From contig OZ374565.1 in the NCBI GenBank assembly GCA_977862235.1, forward strand, positions 434,001 through 498,000: a stretch of 64,000 bases of DNA, written 5' to 3'. The first letter of the stretch is position 1; the number at the start of each line of letters is the position of its first letter. The position numbers were made by a program, and so were the translations under genes. The notes under the pieces are model-generated. The model was not told the DNA's origin and searched no databases. It worked only from the letters and a program-made list of their open reading frames with translations. Shown here in pieces: positions 25,622-37,786 of this stretch. The DNA comes from Dudresnaya verticillata (Eukaryota).

Positions 25622-27239
25622 CACCCCAACAATGTGGAACGGGTTTGAAGAGCCGTAGTAGCTACTACATTAACAACGTACCAATCTATCGATATCATGG
25701 CGAGGCATGAGAAACTCTAAGCTCCCTGATCCTTCCCTATGCGGGACAAACATAATCAAGATAGCTTTTCTTGACCCGAGTACACTTTGCCTACCTCGGT
25801 AATGATGTGAGGTCGTAGTGGCTGTTAACCGCCGTGCACTCTTTGACCGTCGCCTTTCACATGAATTGTAAGTAGGTCCCCTTAAGGGCTGTAGTCTTAC
25901 CTATGCATGAAGGGCTCCCTCATCGTATTGTTTGCTTGTTTAGGCCAGGGCTTTGTCATGTACTATTGCGGTCTATTTTTCGTCAGTATTGACAATATGC
26001 AGTAATATTGCAATACTGAGAGAAAGGGCAATATTTATTGCTATTTGGTCCAATGTTTCACCAGATCGATTCCTCATATGCTATATGAAATATTCAGTCC
26101 AACGAGTCGGTATCACTATCATAGTATTGGTGACATTGATGTAGTAGACAGCACCCGCACCAACAGCATTAGTAGAATGTTGTCTGTCCAGTGTTCTCTC
26201 GATGACATATGAATGCAATCTTAGGCATTCGTTACTGTTTGGGTGCACTCCGACATATTCTATGAACAATTCCACGATACTTAACATATGCAGTGCAAGA
26301 GAGCAAACGTCTGGCCTTGGTAACTACTCTTGCTGTCGTTTTAAAGTGGACTCTTTTCTGTGTGTGAATCGTTTGATGCGTGTGTGTTGTGTCGTGCTGT
26401 CTATGTATGAACAGCCGAGGCTATGTAGAGCCTCTTCGCCACAACAAAATACTACGAAAGGAATGTATCTGAGATATACTGGCACTACGAGCTGTCACAA
26501 CGCTAGCGGTATATTATTGCCGTAGCTTTGGTGACACTCTACTATCAGAATGCAGCTGCAGTATTCGTGGAGTGCACTCTCTTACATGCAATACTTAGAC
26601 AACTGCCCTATACATACATATATATCTACTATTGAGATATATATTCAACTATATAAATAGTAGCATCTTTTCAGTCTGAAGACTATTTCCATAATGGCCT
26701 CGTTCTTTTCGTAATGGAACTGATACGGCGTTACCAGGAGCACTGTTCCTTAACACAAGCAGCATTTCTTATCTCTCAACTTTTAATTCCTTAAAAGAAA
26801 TACGTCAGCAGGCTGTCGACATCAAGAAAGAGACGACCGCATTTCGAAGCCCAGCATTTGAAGGTTGTCAAGGTACAACCGAGTAAAGGCTTAGAAGCCT
26901 TTAGGGTTACGGTACCTAATTACAGTGTCTTACACCTGGTGATATCGAAAGTGCAGAGTTTGTATGGATCTGGGGCGAATCAGTAGTTCCGGAGAGAGAG
27001 GACGAGTTTGAAGGTCCAGTGGAAGGTATAGAACGTACCCCATTGTGCACCCATTGCCCGAGAAGCACAAACATACGATTTTATGGCAGTGCAAATCCAC
27101 AAGGGGTCCCCAATATCTGATCTGATTGTCGGCGACAGGCCGTCTGCTCGACATCGCCTGATAGAGCGTGATGCGAGGACGTGAGAATATTAATTTCTAT
27201 CACAGATTCGAGTCTGTCTGGGTGTGGTGCAGTTGACAG

Positions 27240-27849
27240 TGTTACACATAGCGCTCGCACTGTTTGGGAGTACTCCCTACAATGGGATCCCAAAGCGCAC
27301 ACGCGACGCTGCAGGGTAATTCCCTAGAATGGGAGCCTGCTGGGGAACGCACTGCTGAACAATGGCAGACCCCACGGCCGATCATGGCTATCGCGCACAG
27401 ACCTGGTGAACCTGCACAAGGCAGAACTGCCGGTCTGACAAGGCGAATTTGCGTCCCTTCGGACAACCCTCTACATCTTATTGGCTAACGCTCAGGGTCC
27501 CCTGACAACAGGGTTCAGACCTGAATGACTTTCCGTCCGTCCCCGACCCACTGTGGGACGGCGGGTGTGAACACATCCACCTGTTCAGGTCTATCTGACT
27601 TGGAGCGGATCCCGCGAGCATGCGGGCCACAAATACTGTGGGTCGCTTTGAGCCGTCCGGCTGTAGAAATAATAAAGCCAGCACGCTGGCGTCGAACGAC
27701 GAAGACGAGGGACAACACACCACTCCTCATCCACGCCGTGACTTTGCCCTCCACTTTGCCAACCCCAACTTTCTCTCTACCGACCTTTTACTTTTCCGTT
27801 TCGCGTTCGCGATCTACTGCTTCGAAGGCAAAAGCGGTTACGCGTCACA
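27240..27849 (+). repeat. 5' LTR of element A
   Basis: TGTTACACAT...GCGTCACA; about 9 substitutions versus 43879-44488. Confidence 0.96.
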
Positions 27850-27899
27850 GTAATTACTTTTCCCCGGAGTAGTTTCGTTTTTGTTGACGAAGCGAGATT

Positions 27900-29665
27900 G
27901 TGTTCACGGTGACCAGCACTAGGAGTGCTACGAATGGATCCAATGCCCAAGATTCATGCACAAAATCCGTGTCCGTCAGACGATCGTCGAAACGGTGGAA
28001 GCGAAGGCTGATAGGACTGTCAACGGCTGACTTCGTCTTGTTCAAGCACGATCGCGAGATCTATGAACGACGAGTCGCTGAGAAGAATTCGGATCCGAAT
28101 GTTAAGATCCAGCTTACGACCTACAAGGACTCTATTCTACCTGCTGTGCTGGAGATCTTCGCACTAGGTGACTGGGTTCCGATGGACACCGTTGATGACA
28201 TCTGTAGTAGAATGGCTTTGAAGCCAACAGAGACGGCGACACGGCACGACAGCTGTCCTCAAAGAGCGATCCCACTCGCGTGGTTGGTAGCTCGGTAAAG
28301 GGGTGGTAGAGACTTGAAAGGGCTTAAAGCCCTAACAAAGGAAAAAGGGATAGGCGAACCCTGCTGAATAGAGCAATTCGTCGTAGACGACAGGGCTTGT
28401 AGACGCCCAAAGGGAAGTTGTAGCGGTAGCACCGTAAGCGTCCAAAAAGGGGAAAACCCAAGGCACAGACCGCTGCCGGTTTAGTGCCGGGCCCCTGCTA
28501 CTCAGGGGCCCCATAAATACAGCGAGAGCCGAAAAGTGCTCCTCGCTCAGTTAGAGCTCTATGGCTAATACTTAGCTAATACTGTACAATACAGGTACGA
28601 TATATCCTTAGATAGGAATGAGTGGTCAGGCCACAAGGCCCGCGCGGCGCCACTGTCAGGCGCCGTGCGGCAAACATCCGCCAGCAATGCATGGCGCGAT
28701 GGTGCGGCCATGGTTAATCCCCAAATGGCACAGGGCCATATTATCTGGAGCAGTGTGCCCTACAGATCAACTCTGTACACGTGTTGCCTTACAGCGCAGG
28801 AGCGTTCCAGCAATGAAATCAATCGGAGCACCAGCCATGTCATCCGGGCAGTTGTGCGCCCGTCATTCCTTACAGAGGACTCGTGTCCACGTGGCTCCTT
28901 ACAGGGCGTCAACGCCCGTTGTACCACAACATCACGGAGAACCATCTTGAGGACTGTGTGGCCAAGCAGGCTGTAGTTAATCCTGATGATTATGATCTTG
29001 GAAAGCTCGATGATTCCCTCAATGACTAGAAGCTCGGACGAGCGGATAGTGAACACAACCTAGAAGCCCAAGTTTAGCAGCTGATCTTTGAATACACCAA
29101 GATCTTACAGAACTGTGGTTACAATAAGTTTGCCGAACGGCACCCGAAGCTTGCCGTGGAGCACATACTGAAGCGTATCACTCACCCGTTCCTGAAGAAC
29201 CGCATGATCATGACTGCGCGTCTGAAGAAGGACGAGGACTTTCAGAAGAACTTCAAAGTTTTCGTACGAGAACTCGCGAAGGAGGCGCGGCTGATCGACC
29301 GCATGAACGCCGCCAAGAAATACAAAGCGCCCGCTACCGCTTTCGACAAGTTTGCTACTCGTGTTGCGGATGATCCGCCGCCGACGGCGCCATACCGATC
29401 GGGTAGTTCCGGTTCCGGACGTAAGAATAAGAACCGTTGTAATAAAGGTGGTGCATCTGGCAGTACTGCAGAAGATGGGAACCACAATCAAGACAAACCG
29501 TTCGGTGGTAACGATGGCAGAGGTAAACACTTTCGCGAACCTCCCCATTGTCTCAACCCAAAGTGCGACAAGCGCCATTGGGTTGATGACTGTGAAATAA
29601 CTGCGGACGCAGAGAAGAAACGTCTCAAGGATGAGTGCCGTGCGCGTTCGCAAGCGCGCAAGTGA
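27900..29665 (+). pseudogene. gag of element A, split by a solo LTR
   Basis: Frame ...WVPMDTVDDI|TENHLEDCVAKQ... rejoins across the insertion. Zinc knuckle CLNPKCDKRHWVDDC; in-frame stops present. The 5' limit is approximate. Confidence 0.82.
28203..28928 (-). mobile_element. Solo LTR (726 bp), B/G-like family
   Basis: Termini TGTAGTAG...GTACCACA with perfect TSD ACATC (28198-28202 / 28929-28933). Confidence 0.95.
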
Positions 29666-29737
29666 TCGAAGCAGGACTCAGAGAAGCGAGAAAACATCGG
29701 ATCTGTAGAACTACCTACCGAAGGAGAACACACTTCA

Positions 29738-30767
29738 ATGTTCTCAGCCTCATTCTGTTCAGGTGCTGTAGAGGTGTCCGCCTTAACCGATCAAGGTTCG
29801 GATGCTAATCTAATTTCACCATCAGTACTGAAGGAGATCTTACAGGCTGACCCAGATGTTCGAGTTGTGACTCTACCAAAGAAGCTGGAGTTCTCCAATG
29901 CTCATTCTTCTGCGGTGAAGATCACGTGCAGCAGGCAAGTATCCGCTGACGTAATGCTACGCGTACGCCATGGTACGAACCTCATGTTGCGAGGAATGAA
30001 GTGGCTGGTCACAAACGCTGCAGTACAGCACGTTTATGTCGGACGACATGTTCTCGCGTCTATAGGGTTGAACAACCGTGTCATGCTCGAGTTCGCGGCT
30101 GATAGATTCGGAGGAGTCGTCGACGTCCCAGAAGTTCTTCATAAGGATGGGAGTGGCGACAATCCTTGCGCCGACGCCGGTGCGTCTATCCATGGAATCC
30201 TTCGCGAACGCGGTTTGGATTTCGGAAGCACCTTCCACAGCAAAGGGGGTGCTGAGGACGATCAACTCGAAGACAGTAACGTCTACGTCGATCTTGGCGA
30301 GGACTCGCCGGATGATTTGAAACAGGCGATCGCCGCAATGGTCGAAGACGCTCGCAACAATGGACTGAGCGATACCGGAGCCGAACGGCTGACCTCTATC
30401 CTGGACAGGTACCCGGTTTTCGGATTCGGCTGGGCAAATCCCAACCAGTCGACGTTCCGCCAATGAGGGTACGACGTCAACAAGGATACCGACCGGTACG
30501 TTTGAAAGCAAGGAGATACTCCGGTGAACAAAGGAACTTCCTGAACGCGCGCGTCGTACGCGTACGTGGATCGGCTCAAGGAGATGGAATTTTCGAGGAG
30601 ATGACAACCGCCAAATGGCAAGCGGCACCTCTCCTTGTGCCGAAGCCTGGTTCCAGAGCTGGGTATCGTATGACCGTGGACCTTCGTCCGGCCAATGGCG
30701 CGACAATCAAAGAGTCGTGGCCAATGCCTCATCTGGACAGCGAGGTGTATGATTTCTCAGGGAGCAC
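29738..30767 (+). pseudogene. pol 5' part of element A: aspartic protease and RT N-terminus
   Basis: ALTDQGSDANLI protease motif; WQAAPLLVPKPG, YRMTVDLRPAN and WPMPHLD RT motifs; frameshifted. Confidence 0.9.
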
Positions 30768-31606
30768 TGTGGTGCAAGGGAAGGGCTGCCCCTTTTTCGC
30801 TGTGAGCGTATTATATGCCAACGTCTACCGACGGCACGTCGACCGCCGTTGGCGCGCGAACACGTCATGGACGGTTGGCCCACGGGCATACGGCCGCCGT
30901 TACCCGGCGCGGCGCACGCGCCCACTGTACGGCCAGATCCAGATGCACGATCCGGATCGGCCAGGCGCAAGGCGCACGCCTGTAAGCCTGGCCCGGATCC
31001 GGATCGGATCCGGATGGGACATCGGGATCCGGCATCGGGATCCACAGTGATGTAAGGAGCGCGTCTGTAATGGCCGCGCGCCAGCAATGCTGGTAGGGAT
31101 CTGGATCCGAATCCGGATCACCCACAATGCTACACGCATGCGCCTGTAAGCTACTCCTGAGCTCCCGCGCGCGCGGCTGCATGGCGACGACGACGTGTCA
31201 GACACTCGACGACGCGACACGCGTCCTGAGTCCCCGCGCACCGCGCCTGCCGCCGTCACTCACGTAGTATATGAGGTAATCCGTCTGAGACGCTGAGTAA
31301 ATCCCGGACAAGCCGGCCTTGGTCCAGACTTCCCCGTTCCGCACGCGCGTACCCTACCGCTGCCTACGGCTAAGCGTCTACCTCCCGTGCTTCTACGTCT
31401 ACCATCGTCCTTGACGTGCTCCCTTTCTGTTTCCTTTCCCCTTCCTTCACACCTTCCGCCTCGGGCGTCTACAGTCCGCCCAAGGCGTGCCCCTTTTGCT
31501 CTACCAACAACTCGCCCACGGCGGGACCACCTACCGCCAAGGGCGCAGCTACCCACCGAGCCCCGCACTGCTCGGCGGTCTATCGTCTCGGACGTTTTGC
31601 ACCACA
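30768..31606 (+). repeat. Complete 5' LTR of insert H (839 bp)
   Basis: Termini TGTGGTGCAA...TTGCACCACA, followed by a PBS. Confidence 0.9.
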
Positions 31607-31608
31607 TC

Positions 31609-31621
31609 TGGTCTCCCGACC
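31609..31621 (+). promoter_or_regulatory. Primer-binding site TGGTCTCCCGACC (possibly tRNA-Tyr)
   Basis: Starts with TGG 2 nt after the LTR. It is complementary to a tRNA ending ...GGGAGACCA, as yeast tRNA-Tyr does; the identity is tentative. Confidence 0.7.
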
Positions 31622-31810
31622 TAAAATTGTGCTACGTTTCAACGAGTTACTCCGTCGTGCGACGTCCGACTCTTCGTCTTCAGACGTTTGTCGCTAATCG
31701 TCCACGACGTTCAAGCAACTCTACGATTGTATCATGGCCTCACGACCGCCGCCGTCGAGAGGCCCAAGTTCAAGAAGACCGTCTTCGACGCCAGGGAGTG
31801 TACCCGCGTC

Positions 31811-33182
31811 ACAAGCGCCCTCGGAATGCAGCCGCGCGCCTGACACATTTGCCCACGCCACCGCGCGCGCCGCGCTAATGCTTACACCTACACGTGTTCA
31901 CGCACCGCGCTTACAGACTCTTGGTCCCATTGTCCTCCGCTGCCCTGTGACACGTGCCACGTGTGCAAGTATGCCACGGGGCGCAGCAGCGTGACCCAGT
32001 AACTACACCTCACGCGTTCTCTCAACCCGACATTGCCGTCACTATCCGCTGTGAGCGGGAGGTCTGGTTCTTGACCAAGTTGCCCGACAAAGTCGAATGA
32101 CTAGCGCCATCGGCGGAAACAGGGATCACGAGCGGGTTCGCGCCTCGAGCTCAATCCCAGTCGCCAAAGGCGGTAGAAACGTCAAAGACGGGAGCTATCC
32201 GTCTAGGACGGTACAGAGCGCCAGCGGCGTTGGATAATTTGCACCATATGGCCCCCTTCCAAAACGCGAACACGCGAAGAAAATTCGTGAGGAACGTATT
32301 ATTACCGGCCGTGCCGTGGTTATGTCACTTCCATTCCCCTCAAGGACGTGCGGCGTTGCCGAGTTTCCCGTCATAAGACGACTTGAGCAATTCACTAGTA
32401 GCGGTGTGCCCAGGGCTCCGAGGTCACCGGTGGTAGAACGTCCAAGACGGTTATCCCCGTGTAGGGCGGCTACCAGCGCTGCGCAGTAGCCGGGCGTCCA
32501 CGCGCATAAATAAACGATAAATTTTGACGGCATGCAGAAGCGCACCAATCAGCGTTCAATTTGCGTGCGGCGTGAAGCGCACCAATGAGCGCTCAATTTG
32601 GGTGTGCGCAGGTCACGTGCCTGTAAGCCCAAGCGCACCAATCAACGTCCAATTTGCGTGCAGCGCGAAGCGCACCAATGAGCGCGCAATTTGGGTGTAA
32701 GGCGAAGCGCACCAATGGGCGTTCAATTTCCTGGCGCACAGGTCACGTGCCTGTAAGCTCAAGCGCACCAATGAGTGTCCAATTTGCGCGCGGGGCGAAG
32801 CGCACCAATCACCATCCAATTTGGGTGTAAGCTGAAGCGCACCAATTAGCGCTTGATTTCCTTGTGCACAGGCCATTCGTCTGTAAGGCGGAGCGCACCA
32901 GTCATGCGTCGGGGGCTCTTACGTTCGGCGCGGCGTGCAGTGAACCGCCATCGGCGGGCGTGATCGTCAGGGACGGTATGAAAAACGCTAATGCGTGCGG
33001 TTGCGTCTTTGACGATATGGCGCGGCATGGCGCGGGTGCGGCCCAGCCGGAAAACGTCTGTGACGATATTGTGCGGCATGGCGCGGGTGTGCGCCATCCG
33101 GAAAACGTCTGAGACGGCATATCCTGGGATGGCGCAGGTATGCGCCAGCCGGGAAGCGTCTAGGACGATATAGCGCGGCATG
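31811..33182 (+). repeat. Long inverted repeat X, left arm (partner 38793-40162)
   Basis: Reverse complement matches with about 8 differences. The ORF track is mirrored (32195-32548 vs 39427-39780; 32613-32876 vs 39099-39362). Confidence 0.97.
32537..32903 (+). repeat. AAGCGCACCAAT repeat cluster with ~130-bp higher-order unit
   Basis: Nine copies spaced about 37, 57, 36, 37, 57, 36, 37, 57 bp; mirrored at ~39072-39438. Confidence 0.92.
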
Positions 33183-35497
33183 GCGCGGGTGTGCGCCAGC
33201 CAGAAAACGTCTGAGACGGTATATCTTGGGATTGCGCAGTTGTGCGCCAGCCCGGAAGCGTCTCGGACGATATAGCGCGGCAGGGCGCGAGTGCGTCTCA
33301 GCCGGAAAACGTCAATGACGATGCAAAGCGGCCGCGGCGGATCACCGTGTGGCCTCAAACGTCAATGACGATATGTAACGTCGATAACGATAAGATTCGG
33401 CACATTTCTGCTTACCCGAGAACGAAAACGTCAATGACGATATGCAACGTCTATCACGATACGAAGCGGCTCGTTCAGGGTGACCACGAACGTGCCAACG
33501 TCGATGACGGTGAAACGGGGCACTTCGCAGGTAAGCGCGTGCCCCAAAACGTCGATGACGACATTGAGCGTCGATGACGATAAGAAGCAGCTGTGGCGGG
33601 TGACCGGGTGGACCACGAACGTTCAAACGTCGACGACGGTGAAAAGGTGCACAGTGGAGGTAACCACGTGTCCCAAACGTCAATGACGCTATTGAGCGTC
33701 GACAACGTTGCAAAAGGGGTCGACAAGAGTGACCGCGTTGACCAAAATGTCATTGACGGTATGCAACGTCGATGACGATATTGAGCGGCCGTGTTAGGAG
33801 CCTGCCCCTACTAAAAACGTCGATGACGATATGAGACGTCCATGACGGTACGAAGTGGAACGGCATGGGTTACCGAGTACAACAAAACGTCAATGACGAT
33901 ATTCAACGTCGGTAACGGCACGAGGCGGCACATGCGGTTGACCCCGAGTACCAAAACGTCCATGACTGTGAAATGACGGTACGAAGCGGCACATGGCAGC
34001 TGTCCGTGAGTCTGCAAACGTCTGTGACGGTAAACTTGGCAGTTCGCGTGTGATCGCGTGCACGTAACGTCAATGACGACACGCAACGTCGATGACGGTA
34101 TGAAGCAGCACATTGCGGGTGCCGCGATCCTTAAGACGTCGACAACGGTGAGGTGTGGCTCGAGGAGGGCAACCGCGTGCACTAAAGCGTCAATAACGAT
34201 ACAAAACGTCGATGACGATTCGAAGACGCCGTTGCCGGAGACCGCGAGCCTGAGCACGTCGACGACGGCACCAAATGGCACTGCACGGGTTACCGCGAGC
34301 CGGGAAAACGTCTATGACGGTATTGAGCTGGCATGGCGCGGTGATTCGCAAGCCGGGAAACGTCTGTGACGGTGTGTATCTGTGTGCTGCGAGTGAACGC
34401 GCAACGGCAGAACGTCTGTGACGGCGTATTTCGGCATAGAACAGGGTTGTGCGAGCCGTGTGCGAGCCGCGACCCGCACCAAAACGTCAATGACGATACG
34501 AAACGTCGATGACGACAGGAAACGGCACGTTTCGGATGACCACGAGCCGGAGAACGTCGACGACGGTGCTATATCGCACTAAGTGGCTGACCGAATTCAC
34601 TAGAACGTCGATGACGATACGAAACGTCGAAGACGATACGAAGCTGTCTTTGCTTGTGACCACGGGTACCAAGTGCTGCAAAGCGTCAGTGACGGTATAA
34701 AGCGACGTTGCGTGGGCTTCACCGCGCGACTGAAGAGCAGGAAACGTCAATGAAGGTAAAAAGCAACATGTCGCGAATATCGGCGAAACGTCATTGACGG
34801 GATATCAAGGCAATAGGCCGGTTGCAGCAGAGCGGGAATCGTCGGTGACGGTAGAGAGCAGCATGGCACCGATATTCTCGTGGCATGAAACGTCCATGAC
34901 GATAATGAAACCACATGTGCCAGGTTTCTGTGTACTCGACGTCGACGACGATATACCGCAAGAGGGATCGGGTGATCACGAGTTTGCAATCGTCGATGAC
35001 GGAAAACACAGTATGGCGTGAGTAACCACGATCCAAGAATCGTCTTTGACGCTAAAATGCGTCATGAGACGGTTGGTCGCGTTCCAAGCGTCGATGACGG
35101 TATCAATCGCTTCAGCGAGATAGTGCGGCTGAGTACGCATCGGTGATCGTACATGACGGAAAAGGCAACATGGTCCACATGTCGTGAGTAACCATGCGAA
35201 TGAATCGTCTGTGACGGTGCAAAGCGGCACGCCGGGCATGGAACGCGAAGTCGCGTGCAGAACGTCAACAGTGATTAACAACCAAGTGGAGACCCCGGAG
35301 GGCCCGATTTCGATATTGTTCCAACGTCTCAAGACGGGTAAGTGTTACACCGACTCTGTCGAACCGATGAATCGTCGAAGACGTATTGGTGCGTACTGCG
35401 GTCTTGAACGTCAACGACGTTTTTGGTGGGATGGGTGTCCGGAATCACAATATCCAGTGGATATTCGGCCAAGCCGGCTTGAGCTCCGTCATCGACG
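33004..35497. repeat. Phased array of the palindrome CGTCnnnGACG with diverged spacers
   Basis: About 50-55 perfect or one-mismatch copies, mostly 50-52 bp or 19 bp apart. Confidence 0.95.
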
Positions 35498-35699
35498 CTC
35501 TATTGTTAGACTTGAACTTGAGCGCTCGGATGCACGGAGGGCAGACTCGCCAGAGGCGGAAATACGGATGACGACACGTTCGGCAGGGGATATAAAGATC
35601 CCCTGTTAGGCGAACGGTCGGAAACGTCGCATATCGGCATAGCCGGGAGAGCCGAAGCAAACACGGGGCGGACACGGTATTCCGACTTCATCGTCATGC

Positions 35700-37786
35700 G
35701 TCTTGACCGTTCGAACGATGGTTCACTGCCAATCGCCCATGACGGGCGCCTTGAAGAGGCCCCAGGGGACAGTGATGGTCGGGACGGACCCACAGTATTC
35801 TCAAAAACGTAGAAAAACGTCGTGGACGAGTAGCGAAACGCTTTGAAAGCGGTTGATCGGTCGTCGCACGACGTTGCAGTTCGTAGAAACGTAGTCCGTC
35901 CGCAAGTGGTCGTACCCTGCGCGTTACGCGCTCGCTTACTCCACCTCCGGCACCACGCCAAGTTGGCAGGGCACCCAGGGGGGCGTAAGTTGTATCATAC
36001 GCTTCGACGCGAATACTATTGGCCATCGATGCCAGTGGACTGCTATGCGACCGTCCGCAACTGCGTAACCTGCGCTAAGAATCGCGTATTGCTGCGAAAG
36101 AACACCAAGTAATTGAAGTTGTTCCCGGCAACCGAGCCTCTCGAATTCGTATCGATCGACATCCTGGGCGAACTCATACGCACGAAGCGAGGAAACAAGT
36201 TCCTACTCGTCATTGTGGACCGCTTTTCGAAGCTGGTCCGGACGGTCCCACTGCGTAGTATTGCGGCATTGGAAATCGCTAAGGCGTTTGTACGAAATTG
36301 GGTCTTCGGGTACGGTCCTCCCAAGACATTGTTGTCCGACAACGGACCACAGTTTGTGGCTAAGCTGTTTCAGGATATCTGCCGTCTTTTGGGAGTGGAG
36401 AATCTCTTCACCACGACGTACCATCCGCAATGCAATGGCCAGGTAGAACGATTCAATCGAACTATCCTGGCCTCGCTGCATCACTACGTCGCGGATCATC
36501 CGAGAGACTGGGACCTGTTCACGGATGCCTTGACGTTCGCATACAACACCCAGTTGCATTCTTCTACGCATCTCGCTCCGTTTGAATTGGTGCTGTCTAA
36601 GCCACCACGGCTATTGTCGCTCGAAGCGGAACCGTCGCTCGAAAGTGTACCCACCGCGGGGCAATACTACACCAAGTGGCGAACCTGGCTGGCCGCACTG
36701 ATGGGAGCCGCTAAAGCGTCGTTGGAGAAAACTCAAGCACGTTACAAACGACACTTCGATACCAGATTAAGGAAATCGAAGGAAGCAATCGCCATAGGCG
36801 ACTTCGTATTCGTACGTAAGGAATACTTCGCCCCAGGCGGGAGCACGGATAGCGCAGAGCGTAAGCATAAGCTGGCACCAGTGGCGGACGGACCATACTG
36901 GGTAACTCACGTTGATAACGAGACAGTAACCGTCGACAAGGGACGGGATGAGCGGGAACGTTTGTCCCAAGATCGCGTGGTCTGGGCGCCGACCCCACCG
37001 GGTCAGGCGGCCCCTCCAATCGTCGTACCACCAGGCCCGCCTGAGGAGCAGGGAGCAGTCGCCCCCACGTCACACGACGAAGGGATGACTACCCCAAGCA
37101 CGCCGCCAGCGGACCCGGAAGAGGACGCAGACACTTCGCATACTGCGAGAGATCCGCAAGAGCGTACGATCGCAGCGTCACGCAGTCGTGGGTTGGCAGA
37201 GCGTTCGCCCTTCGCCGCCGATCCCGACGACCGCGCTTCGCAATCCGTCTCCAACGACGACAGTACCCCAGGGGTTCGCACCCGTTTGGAACACGTCGCT
37301 ACGGCACCGCCGAATGAGAACAATGACTCAGCTGAAAGCGCGTCCGATAACGAAGACGTTAACCGTGCAAGCACGAAGCAAGGCGCTGCAAGCGATGAAA
37401 TCGTCTCAAGACGCAACAACCCACTGGCCGCTGATCGAGCGTCCGAGGCCCAAGGCCAACGCCTTCGGCGATCAACTCGTCGAGTACGCTTGGCCGAACC
37501 GGAACAGACGCCCATCACGCAACGAGACAAACCGCCAAAGGCGCTGGACAGGCCCACGTCCAAGCCGAACGCTGTGAGCGGAAAATAATACATGATTGAA
37601 CGCATCGAGTCGCACGCGTACGCGGATGATGATGAGATCCTCTACCGCGTCAAGTGGTTTGGATACCCCGCTTCAGCGAACACCTGGGAGCCAGTCTACA
37701 GTTTTCCGCGATCCCACGTCACACGATACCACCGTCGAAAACGTACGCAGCTACCGCCAAACGTCGACGACGCGGAGCGCGGCTAA
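35700..37786 (+). pseudogene. Gypsy integrase with C-terminal chromodomain, belonging to insert H
   Basis: HHCC zinc finger (HHAKLAGHPG...CVTC), DDE core (VSIDILG, LLSDNGPQF, NGQVERFNR), GPY module, ~200-aa disordered spacer and chromodomain IERIESH...YRVKWFGYPASANTWEP. In-frame stops near 36110 and 37586. The 5' limit is approximate. Confidence 0.93.

Noticed and set aside
25960..26050. MITE-like AT-rich dyads (CAGTATTG...CAATACTG)
   Set aside because: Short, with no TSD and no second independent copy in the window.
32040..32044. CACTA terminus
   Set aside because: It lies 230 bp inside the inverted arm. Identity continues beyond it, so there is no boundary or 3-bp TSD.
32846..33358. 17-aa repeat protein (also 38686-39129)
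   Set aside because: A by-product of the 51-bp DNA period. The frame is not maintained through the 19-, 50- and 52-bp units.
33004..35497. CRISPR array
   Set aside because: The repeat is only 11-15 bp with a variable centre, spacing is mixed 19/51 bp, there are no cas genes, and the context is a eukaryotic TE.
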